64,000 nt of DNA from Paragordius varius (Eukaryota > Animalia > Nematomorpha): NCBI GenBank assembly GCA_964247055.1, contig OZ176054.1, forward strand, positions 2,108,001 through 2,172,000, written 5' to 3'. Positions 24,801-37,000 of this stretch are shown piece by piece. The translations under genes were made by a program, and so were the position numbers. The first letter of the stretch is position 1, and every line of letters begins with the position of its first letter. The notes under the pieces were generated by a model that searched no databases, had not been told where the DNA came from, and saw nothing but the letters and a program-made list of their open reading frames with translations.

Positions 24801-27800
24801 GAAAAAAAGTTAATTTATTTGCTATCACATGTTATGTTATATCATCAAATCTACAAACATAAAACACAAATATATATTTGAAGAGGTGTATAAAATCATT
24901 ATTCACACCTTGTGCAAGTTGGTGCACTTGACATTGGCCTGTTTTCCATATTCATATTCACAACATCCTTTTTAAGGTGTCGGAAAGCGCGGGGAGAAGC
25001 TAAATGTGTCCCGCTAAAATATTCTTGTACATTATCCCACCGCGGTGTTATCAACTGTTTCCGATTCACAAAGTACTGGTAATCCGGTTGAGCGACTAAC
25101 AATAAACAAGCATGGTCCGGATCCGATTTTATCATTTCAACAACCTTTGCGTAGAAAAATGTGTAAAAAAAGCAAATTTGATATTAAATTTTGATTTGAT
25201 GTAAATATACTGTTTTATGATCAATTCTTGCAATATTTTTCCCGTTAACTTCAATGAGTCGATCACCCTCACACAAATTAGCAGCTTGAGCCGGGCTATT
25301 GTCATCCACTTTACCTATGAAATGTCCTATCCCAGTTTCCGTGAATTGGGCATCGGCACTAAGCACTTCCGTTTTGGCAGCATGTAAATTGAAACCATAT
25401 CTGTGAATATATATATATAGAGGAAAGAAAAATTTTATAATTTGTTTATAATACCCTTGAAAATCGGGCCATTTATTAAGGTGACACAACTTGACAACCG
25501 GGAGTTTACTGCATGGGTCAGGTACACTCTCTAAAACTGGTTTATCCTAAATCAAACAAAAATATTAAATTGATATAGAACTAAAATAATTTGTTAAAAA
25601 AATTATACAGGGTTCATTTTTGCTGGTGATGTATTAGTTTGAAAAGCTGTAATAGTTGAAATATTTTTCGGGATATTTGAAGATGATGAGGTTTCTGTTT
25701 TTGAAGATGTTTCGATTTTAATAGTTTTTGGATTATTATCACCACTAATGATTGTATTCGAAGCAGCAGTATCTTCTGGTTTCTCAGGTGATTTTTGTTG
25801 AGAAGAGGTAGTAGAACTTTTTTTAGGTTTTAGGGCTTTAAGATTCAAAAAATTGTTGAGAGTTGTCAGGGAAGATTTTTTGGGTGATGGTGTTGTTTTA
25901 TTGTCAGATTTTATGTTTGATGATACAACAGTAGTTGTTATTGGACTTGAATGGTGGCTTATAGAAGTAGAAATTGGAGTTTGCGATGAAGGTGTGATGG
26001 TACTTAAAAGTTTTTTCTCAGAAACTTTGGGCGTAGTTGGCTGTATATCAGCTGTAGATTTAGTCTTAGATTCCTTTGAGGCAACCGGAGAAGAAGTTAT
26101 TAAAGTTTTATCGGTACCAGTAGTATCAATGCTCCGGGGTGAAACCTTGGCCGAATCAAACGAAGCGGTTGTATTGATTTCTTTTGGTGAGGGTGTAGAA
26201 GTTGAAACAAAAGTATCACTTGTGATGGTATGGGTTATGGCAGACGAAGGCGTTGATTTGATCTATTATAAAATTAATTAATTTATTAAAAAGTCAAATC
26301 AAAACTTTACAAAATATAGCGCATAAAATTTACAATTCCAACAAGCTTGCCGTCAGTATATTTGGCGGTTGATACCGGAGAAGAATCAAAATTTTTATTT
26401 GTGATGATATTATTATTGTTGATGATAGTGTTTGATTTGGATGAATTTGAGGATGTATCAAATGTCGCGTTATTATTGTTAATATTGTTGATATTATTGA
26501 TTTTTTTGACTGGGTCAATATTATTTATATTTGTAACATTTTTACTTTTTGTAGTATTGACAATATTATCTTGTTTATTGGCGACTGTTAAAATTGGCGT
26601 GGGACTGCTAGAACCGACTAAACGTGCGACAATAAGTTCAGCTTTATCTGGATCAGTTTTTATGAGATGGACAACCTTGGCAAATGATAAATTCAATGTA
26701 AGAAAAGTAAAATAACTAACTAATAAACACTTTTTACTTAAACAGGAATAGAATTGTTTAGGAACAAAAGAAATGGGAAAGCGTAAAAAATGAAAAAATG
26801 ACTAATGAATGATATACAACAGGGTTGTTGGTTATAGCGTAGTTTTTTAGCCGTGCAACGTCAAAAAAAACGAAAACAAACAAAAACACTAAAATAATTT
26901 TTTATTGCCTTTTGTTTTTTTGCACATATATTTGCTATAAAACATATGTATAAACAAGTGTCTCTTTTCCAGTATTTTTTTAAAAGGAGCGAAATATACA
27001 CTAATAAATGATATTGCTGTCATCATCATTATATAATTAGTTACCAATAAAATTTTATACGACACGAGATATCTTGCGGTTTAAAACTAATATTAACCCT
27101 CCTTTCATAAAAACAACACCACAATGTGGAAAAAATCGATTTCCTTGTTATAAGCACACTTATACTCCCTGAGTAAATTTTTGTTAGTTTTGTGCATTTT
27201 TCTCAATTTCTGCCAAATTTTTCTATATAAACAAACAACAAATCCAATTTCTTTTGTAACGCGAAATTACTTTTTTTATTACAAATTATATTTGCTTGTA
27301 CAAGGAACAGGCTACTGCCGTGTATACTATAAATAACGTTAAAATACCTCTTAAATTTAAATAACGAAATTATATGTTATATTCTTATTTTTCAATTATC
27401 AAGTGGTCTGTGTGGTAATTTATATTTCAACAAAACGATAATTTAGTTCTTTTTTAAATAATTTTTAAAACCATAATAGCCCCAAATGTAATGATATATA
27501 TATAGACCGCTAAATAAAAGATAATTAAACTATTTTTATTTACGCAGGAAATTGCATTTTGATATTTTAATTAAATATCTATAATCAAGGCCTCTAATGT
27601 TATTAATAGAGTTGGGTATTAGAACGATCATAAAATAAATAACCGGCTTATGAAAGCAGTTTAAGGTCATTACTGTCTAATCCCAAATGAAAACAGATTT
27701 AATTAAACAAAAAAATAATAGCATTCATTCACATTTGTTTTAACGTTAAATGTCAAAAGAAAATATAAAATATTATATGTATTTAATTAATATTATACTT

Positions 27801-30800
27801 AATAATATCACGCGATAAACATATGTTCATTTTGACTATTTTTAGAGCGGTCACAATCACGGGCAGACTGTATACATGACCGTCGGATTTATTTAATTAA
27901 ATAATATACGGTTATTAACTTTCATATAAATATTTCATTTCTTTATTTTCCGGAAATTTTTTTTAAAAGAAAATATAAAATAATCTCCATATTTAAATTC
28001 CACATGAAAACTAAATCGCTTGGCATAAAAGTTATTTTTTATAAAAAAGCCTATTATGAGAAAATGGTAATTTACATTGTACTTTACCTCTAATCTATCA
28101 ACACAATATTACAGGGATTACATTAAAAACATGCTGATAAGCAGGGATAGGGATAGCACGGTCAAAATTTTGTCTTCTTTGATTAATCGATATAATACAA
28201 AGATTTTTGTTCATATTTATGGCTCTTAACGTAACCTATCAACAAAGTTTATTACTTTACATCAATATGATTATAATATTCTGTTTGGTTCCTTACTTCT
28301 TTATATAAACCACCACATATTTATCTTATCAAATATATGTATATTTACATTTAATTTATCACATAATTTAATGTGCTAAACTTTGTCGCGTAGTAATAAC
28401 AAAAAAAGATAAAACTATGATATAATAAAAAACCTAAATCTCTGGTATGATGGTAAGGAATTAACTAGTGAAAATACAACAAACATACACCTTATACATC
28501 CGATAACTCTCCACCTAACATAAGGGAATATAAATTTATCTTATTTAATACAAAAATATAGGACTTAAATATAAATTAACAGGCATGTTAATAAACTGAC
28601 TTAAAGAGCATTATTTAGCATAAAGTTTCCTAAAATCAGGGTTATTAGATAATTTGTCATAATAAAAAGCGAGGGCCCTTAAAATAATCCGTCATTTTAC
28701 ATCTAACAATATTATCTTAAAAAACCTTTTATAATTAGAGTGCCAAATTTTCGCCTCCACATTTTTTGATGAAAACCTCATAAATATCATTAATAGTATT
28801 ATTCTATTATTTCAAACTACCTGATAAATTAAAACTAATATTGCGGAAACTTGTTTCAACATTTTAAACATTTAATTTGTTCTGACCGGATTTAGTTTAG
28901 AAATATTAATAAATTTTAACTCTAATCAATTTTGTCGATCGATAAAATGAGTACTAACATAAGCGGATCCCTATAATATCTATGTATAATTCATAGGCCA
29001 ATAAAAACTATTGGTTAGACACTAAATGGCATTAAATAAAATATTTTCCGAACGTTTTATATTCTGCCCTTTTAGCGCTAATCTACTATATTATTATCTA
29101 TTTTAGTAAAATAAGAGTTGTTCTAACCCCAATCCAAAAACATTCAAAATATTTGTGATAAAGTTTATAGTTTTTTTGAATTAATATTTTATCAAAATTG
29201 TTTGTAATATATCCAAACAGCAAACCAACAACATTTCCTCCAATATTCTGGCCTGCCAGTTCAAATATTTTTATAATCTGTTGAATCTTTCTGTTCCAAA
29301 GTTACAAACTCATTTTACAATAAAATCATTTGAAAACAACATTTCCTTCCAAAGTTTTATATTCATATTAACATCTAACAGGACTTTAAACCGTAACAGG
29401 TTTTTCACTTTTTTCAAACCAATTCAAGGCCCTGGCATTTGACCATCTTAAAATATATATGAGCATATCAAATCTATACCTGAGTATGCTTTAAATCTTT
29501 CACCATTCTCCCATTAACACTGTACAGTATGTCACGGGGTTTAAGACCAGCTTTTTGAGCTGGTGAATCTAAATCAACTTGGCCAATAAAGTAAGAGCCC
29601 TTGTAAGGAATTGGTTCGGAATGTTGTTCATCAACGGGCAGGGAGGCATCATCCAAAATATTGATATACCGCTGGGGTGGAATGAAAAAATCTTCTGTGT
29701 TGGCACTTTCATTTCCGCCGTTTGCTAAATCAGTTTTGAAATAATGTTAGGGTTAAAAATTATTTTTTTTTCCAAGAGGTTAGAAGTTTAATTAATTCAA
29801 TGAGTTTCTTTCTTATTTAATAAATTTAACCCTTTGTTCAGAACTGACATAACAATATAAAAATATGCGATTTCGGGTATATTTTGTAATTAGTTAGTTT
29901 ACCATCTCGCCCTTATAAACGTGACAAATATATGAAAGGCATAAACCATAGATATAGCTAGCGGGTTTTCCTAATATTTCATTAAAGACTTCTTGTTATA
30001 AATAAGATTAGATTAAAAGGGGAAAATCACAAACAATTATGTCAATAAAAATATAAAAAATGATAGCTGATATTAATATGGTTAACCCAAGCTTGTTTTT
30101 CTAACAGTTTCGTGGGTTAATTCATATATTCGTATACGATCAAATCTATCATTAACAAATATAAATATACAGTTAAAATTCTTTTTGTCAGGTAATAGGT
30201 ACCGCAAAAAAAACATTTTTTAATTTATATATATTGTCAATTAAGGTGGGTGCATCATTTAAACGCATAATAACTTCTTTTGTGCGGATATAAAAAGCCC
30301 TGATTATAATTTGGGAAAAATCAGAGAAAATGGCTGTTTTGAAACTAAATTATAGCGCGAATTTTAAGGAAGTTTTAAACCATATTGTGGATAAAAAATC
30401 GAATCCATTGTAAATATATATATATATCATTTACACTTCAAATTTACCCTAAATAAATTATGTATTGAATATTGAAAAATTACATATTTTTTTTATATTG
30501 TTAAAAAATAAAATTTCGTTTAATATCAACAAGACTGAAAAAATAATAAACTATGTTATAAAGAAATAATTTATATTAATGATGAGTTATATTAGCCCGA
30601 AAAGTCATAATTTATTTTTAGGGTGAATTTAAATAGTTCAAGGGTAATTTTGATGCGTAAATGGTATATTGAAAAAAAAAACGATTTTTACCCAATCAAC
30701 CAACTATAGCAGTTGAAATAAATTTTAAATATATAGAGTGCGGATATTACTTATGGGCTAATTCACTCATTTTTGGTCATCATGATATAAAACAAATTTT

Positions 30801-32432
30801 GTCCATAATTACTAAATACACAGGAATTTAATGTCGTAAGATAAGGAGGTGTTTAATTTAAACAGCCAGCTATATGATTGGCTAACATATATAAGTGCAT
30901 ACATACTGTAAAATAAGCCGAAAAAATGGCGTTGTGCACAAAAAAGTCATCACAAAGGTCCATTTTTTAAAAAAGTCACAAAGGTCCATTTTTAAACAGT
31001 CGCTATTCTTGCTAATTTTCAAAAAAATCCAGATGCAAATTTATATAGACCGCTTTGTCCTAAATAATAAATATTTAATTTTTACAATGGAAATCAAGGA
31101 TAAATCCATATGTTTATTACGATAAAGTTAATACTTCCATATCTAATTCGCTCAAATCAATCAATATGTAAAAAAACATTATCCACTTTGCGCCCATTAA
31201 ATTACATGTCTTTTTCTTTAAAATAAAACCAAATCAAAACTAAAAAAACTAAAAGTTTAAAAGTTACTTTGTTGATTAGGAGTGGAACTTAAAGCAGGAC
31301 TTCCTGGAGCCGGAGTACTGCTGGCAGAAATAGAGGGCCCACGTGACGAGCCCGTTGATCGCCCAAAATTGTGTAAATCAAAACCGTATCCTTCATAATC
31401 CCGCGATGGTTTTAGTACAATGTGAACTAAATTAGCTGGTGGACGATTTGAATCAGGTCTACTGGAAAACGTTGAGGAAGCTATTGAAGGTGTTCTCTAC
31501 CAAACAATAAAATATTTATGTATAATATATTTGTGTAATTGAATTTAAATATATAATCAAAAGTAAAAAACTTTATCGAGGAGATGTGTTCTTTTTAGGA
31601 GGGTATATAAATTAGACTTTTTTTGAAAAAACTGGGTTGGCAGAGTTTTAAAACTCTTAACAAAGATAAAAACTGAGCAATATTTGAAACCACCTTCAAC
31701 CAGTTCTCTTGTAAAAATACTGCTTGTTTTTCTTGTTTGTAAAAATCATAAAAAGTGTTGAATGATATCCGATAATTTTTCTAAATCTATATAAGACATT
31801 TATTTATTTCGACCAGATTTATTTGAAAGTTTTAGAACCGTCATTTAGAGCGATGGAACACCAAAACTATTCACAGTTATTGAAATCAGTGGGAATTTAA
31901 AATTTTAGAACTAACAATTTATATATGATACAAATACATTTCTTAATATGGTCGTAGTTATTTGATAATTTAAAGCCAAATTATAAATTATATTCAAAAC
32001 AGCTGTAATCTTAAATTTCAAACAATCTGGATTTATTCAAAAAAATATTTTTGAAAGTTATTAGCTATGCAAAGTTTGTCCTTTACATATTTTGTTAAAC
32101 ATCATAGACAGTTGTGATTAATGATAAATGATAATAATTGTTATGTAATGTTACATATAAGGTCACATGTCTATCTCTATTATAATTTTGGTTATTTTTG
32201 TTTAAACAAAAATATGAATGAGTATATACATATATATTTAGCTAATATTTATTTTAAGATAACCACTTCCAAAAACCACAAAATCTAAATTTGAAACAAA
32301 TAATTATAAAGTTAATATTATAATTATTGTTATTATTTAAATAAAAACTTTTTCCAGAACTAAATTTTATTTCTATAAGAGTCCAAAAAATATAGTTATG
32401 GTAAATTGTTTTAAGAATTATCGACAAAATCA

Positions 32433-32486
<54 letters not shown>

Positions 32487-33820
32487 CACCAATTATTAAT
32501 TAGCCAAAGGCAAGGTTAATTAATATTATTTCATTATTTAAATTATAAACGCATACATATAATTTTTTTGTCTATAATAAAAGTTAAACAAAATTAACAA
32601 ATTTTCATATATTTTAGCTCTATTATAAATAAAAATTAATAATAATTATGTAATCTTACGTTAAATTGCAACAAATTATGGTGTAGTAAAACCCCAAAAT
32701 TATTTCATTACATATATTGATTGATTTTAAAATTGGCCAATCTTTATTTTTGGATTAAGATGGAATACAAAGATAAGATAAAAAAATTTAAATCACAAAT
32801 TAGATTTATTAATGATAAAATCATAGGGCAAAAAAGTGCCCCAAAAAGTTTTGCTGTGAATAATTTAAATATATTTAATAAAATAATTTTATGTGTGTGC
32901 TAGGATTTCTACAACTTTCTATTAGCTATAAATTTTTTATAGATTACACATTTTATAAATTATTATGCAAATTAAATTGTTCAAGTTATAAAATATATGT
33001 ACTCATTTTGAATATCTTAGAGATTTTATAAAACAATACCTTACAACAAATATATATATTGCAAAGATTAATGAATATATTATATAATTTATTTAAATTT
33101 ACTATTGTGTGTGTGTGTACATTCTTGTGCAAAAACGGAGAAATTCTTAACATTTTTGATAGTAGCTTTATATATTAATGGATTTAAAATGGATAATTTT
33201 AGACGTTTAAAACTTTTACAGAATTTTGAGATAATCACAGGGTTAAATTTAGATAATTGATTTAAGTTAAGACATTTTTTTCATACTTTGACAGAGGGTT
33301 GTGGTGATTTTGAGGAGTTATTTGCGACATTGTTTGAAGCGGCACAAGCCACAGACGAATTTATGACGGAACTACCGGAAGTGGGATTATTTGTTTCATC
33401 CATTGAAGGTGTTCGAATAGAAACTGTCCTTTCTCTCGGCGTTTCCCCATAATCTGAATTGACTAAGGGATGATCCCCTCTGATGTTTAGAATGTTTCGA
33501 AGTTGTCCATTTATGGGAATACCTTCTTCCTCAAAGTATTGATCAGTTAAGGGATCAACTACCAACAACTTTGTTTCGTCCGGTTCCTGTTTAATGGCGT
33601 TTACGACTTGAGCATGAGTGTAGTTAACCACACTTGTACCATTGACTTCAATTAATCTATCACCTTCAAGGAGACCTGCTTGGGCCGCAGGACTCCCATC
33701 TTCGACTCGACCAATGTAATGACCGGTTTTTCGTTTTTCGGCATGTAAATTAAACCCATATCCATCATAATTTTTCCATTTAACCAAGTGACACAGTCTA
33801 GGTCTCCGTCCTGTATCCAT
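21872..33820 (-). CDS. NHERF/EBP50-family PDZ scaffold, 3 PDZ domains + C-terminal ERM-binding tail (~1227 aa); exons 33820-33287, 31496-31268, 29724-29480, 26675-26334, 26262-25609, 25546-25455, 25400-25211, 25144-24909, 24538-24118, 23553-23194, 22252-21872
   Basis: PDZ1 [24 protein letters not shown]...[12 protein letters not shown]2 YEGYGFDLH...[20 protein letters not shown]3 [19 protein letters not shown]...[10 protein letters not shown]-terminus [10 protein letters not shown]...[13 protein letters not shown] resembles the EBP50/Sip1 ERM-binding helix. Exon phases are consistent (3684 nt). The donors at 26333 and 24117 are the least certain junctions. Confidence 0.85.
30423..30668. mobile_element. 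MITE family B copy (~250 bp, opposite orientation to 11170-11423)
   Basis: Ends TATATCATTTACACTTCAAATTTACCCT and GGGTAATTTTGATGCGTAAATGGTATA. Internal ATATAACTC(G/A)TCATTAAT is shared with the 11170 copy. Confidence 0.75.
32436..32484. repeat. (TA)n microsatellite
   Basis: About 24 TA units. Similar tracts lie near 13922-13950, 19597-19628, 42254-42281, 46581-46620, 55480-55520, 56361-56391, 57367-57396, 57556-57590 and 58452-58481. Confidence 0.95.
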
Positions 33821-34097
33821 TTATGGATGTATATATCTATATTACGAATAAAGTTAGATTCAGCACCAGAGATACGAACTATATAGGCACGATATGATGC
33901 GATCAAAATATTTAAACTAAGCAGGTAAAACGAATTTATGAAAACATATGGCACAGGTAAGAGCTCACATATGATGTTAAATTTTCTAAAATTATAATTT
34001 TATTTTAACTCTACATTAAATAAATTGAACGTTATAACAATTTATGTAGTGACACTTGTTGAAATATTATAAAAAAAACCGATAACATATGTAATTA

Positions 34098-37000
34098 ATG
34101 TGTGCGACCGTGGAATCGTTGGAAAAGGTTCTTTTTTCAAAGTAATTTTTTAGAAAATAAAAACGGTTAATGGGATAAATGATATGCTTAAAAGATTTGA
34201 GTTTGAGACGACATCAATGGTAACAGTACTAAGTACATTTGATGAAAAACTACAGAAACTTGAAACAGCAGTTTTCCCTATATATAAAGAAAGTGGAAGT
34301 TTACAAACTAAACTAAAAAGTTAAATAACTTCATTAAATTATTTTTAGATGCCGAATCTTTGTTAACTAGTCTTGACCAAATTTTAGTGTACTACAATAC
34401 AGCAAAGGAATGTGAAACCTTGATTGAGCAAACGTAAATCAATTTATAATTTCCAGTAATATTTCAAACAATCCCGAAGAATACTTTGCCATACTCGATA
34501 AAATAGTTTCGGCCAAAGAATTTTTTGTTGAAAACCAATTGTCGGCAAAAGATTTGCAAAAAATAGTAATTTTACATTTTAATATTCCGCAGAAAAATTT
34601 GTTTGACCGTGGAATCGATCGCTTAGAAAAGGAATACAAATATATTTTATTGCAAATGTCAAAACCCATACCATCTCATGTAACTCTTGATTTGATTAAT
34701 CACGAAGAAGGTATAAAATCCAAATTTTATCATCAGTTAATTACATATTTACCAAAATATATAATTAAAAATGCTTCAAAATAATACACATTCTCTTTTA
34801 GGTTTTCTGCTGTTTGGATATTTACAATTTTAATTTTCCAATATTCATTTTTTATTACTAGAAATAACCAGTGAAAATGTATTGGCAATCGGTAATATTC
34901 CAGGTATCTATTTCTCTATTGTTTTTTATTTTTCAATAAGTGTTTTTTCTCATTTCCCAAAAATATTCAAAATAAAAATAATTTTAAAATAAAAAATCAG
35001 ACAAAAAATATTAGAATAAAAAATAATTTTTGTCAAAAGCTTTTTATCATTTTATTTTTTTATTCTTAAATATTCTTTTTTAGAGTCATCGTGTAAAAAT
35101 CTTTTAAAGATAGCTACCTGGTTGAGTTCTAATGCTGAATCTCCAAACTTTATGACAACTTATTCACAGATTAGAGGCGATGCTCTAATGGCTTCCTTAA
35201 AAGCGTAAATACTATGTTTATAAAGATTTCATTTTTGCAGTGAAACATATAAAGATAGTTTTTTATAAATAAATTTATATATATATTTTAAAAAATCTTG
35301 AGTTTTTCTTTATCTTATGAATAAAAAAATCAAATGCTTAAAATATTTTTCTCGTTACAAACTTTTCATTTTAATTTTTACTGCAGCAATATTATATTGA
35401 TTATTGAATTGAATTGAATTCAGGTTAAGAGACCATTTGAAATCGCAAAGTGGGAGTGGATCGTCCTTATCAACCCCGTCAAGTTTTGTAAGCTACATTT
35501 TTTAAATTTATAAAATTAAATTTTTTTTCATAAAAATATATTTTTGTTACAAATAATATTTATATATATATATATATATATATATCTTTAAGGAATAATA
35601 TTTTTCAATTGTATTGTATTTTTTGTGTATTAACAAACACGTTTTTATACATGATGTAATTTTAAATGGTGTTTAATGAAACATGATCTAATATATATTT
35701 TGAAAAAGTATCTTTAAAGCTTTAAAATTTTGTTATTAAGTTATAAAACAAAAATTACTTATAATTAAATTTATTACAAACTAATTTTTCAAATATTTGT
35801 ACAACATTATTTATAGCTAAGCACAAGTTATCGCCTATCCAATTACTCCCATTATTTAAACAATCAAGGTGAAACTGGAAATAGCCTTAATATGACACGA
35901 AATCTATTGTCATTTTTTGGGAGTCACAACGCGACAAATAATTACAATAATCCTCCACATTTTAGGATTAAAACACAATTTCAAAACTTGTCAAATACGT
36001 CAAAACCGGCGAACTCAAATACTTTAAAAACTTTAAATGTTATTAGTGTTAATAATCCAAGAAATTTATCTACCACTGCCATGTCAACAAATGAATCATT
36101 TCAAAATGTTCAAAAGAATAAAACTTTATCATTGAACAGAGGTGTCTCTGGTCCAGCGCATATGATAAGCTCATCGGGACTTCAACAAAATGCACAAAAT
36201 TTGAGGTTTTAATTGAAATTTTTGAAATGTTATACAATATTTAACACTTCGTTACTTCACATTATTGTGCTAGTTTACCTTTTAGGGTAGTTTTAGATCC
36301 CAGAGCTCAATTTTATTAAAAGTTAACTTAACTAAAATTAAATTATCAAATATTGTTTTCATGTTTTAGAGAAAAAATTTTATATTTTTTACAGTTTTAT
36401 TACTAATAGAGCCTAAAATTGGGACATATATCAAGTTTTAGATGGTAAAATATAGCCTGAAAGCTTTTTTAAATTATTTATATTTTTTAACCTTAATATA
36501 CATTTATTTGCCTGTTTAGCAATTTAAAAAAATTAAAGGAGAAAATAGCGACAAAACGTTTGTGATGAGGTTTTTTACTCCATTTTTTAAAAAATTATCT
36601 TTGTATATTACGCCTAAAAGCCTAAAGAAAGTATATTTTTTAATTCGGCTTATTACCTTAAATATCTTTGAAAATATTCAAATTTCAAATCGCTCTAGCT
36701 AGGATACAAAACTACCCCAAAAGGAATAAAAATAAATAAGGGAAAACAAAAGTAAATTTATAATATATAAAATCGAATAAGTTTTCATTTTTCCTAATAT
36801 CTTAAAACGATATGTCATATCTAAAAATCAAGGTTTAAAACAATGTTTACATCTGTATAAAATAAAATTTTTCTTTATTATATTTGATATATATAATACA
36901 ATATGCACATTTATGTTGTTCAGATTATTGTTGGTCAATTAATAATACAGTAGCGTATGTTATAAAATAAATTTTGTCCATAATTGTTTCAAAAAAGTAA

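Noticed and set aside
25853-26715. Plus-strand Val/Leu-rich ORFs (142 aa and 122 aa)
   Set aside because: They are antisense shadows of the S/T/N-rich NHERF exons 4-5.
29190-29440. Coding-like minus-strand stretch in NHERF intron 3 as a possible extra exon
   Set aside because: PDZ2 is already contiguous across exons 3-4 without it, there are stops in all frames over its length, and part of it recurs near 34801-34835, suggesting a repeat remnant.
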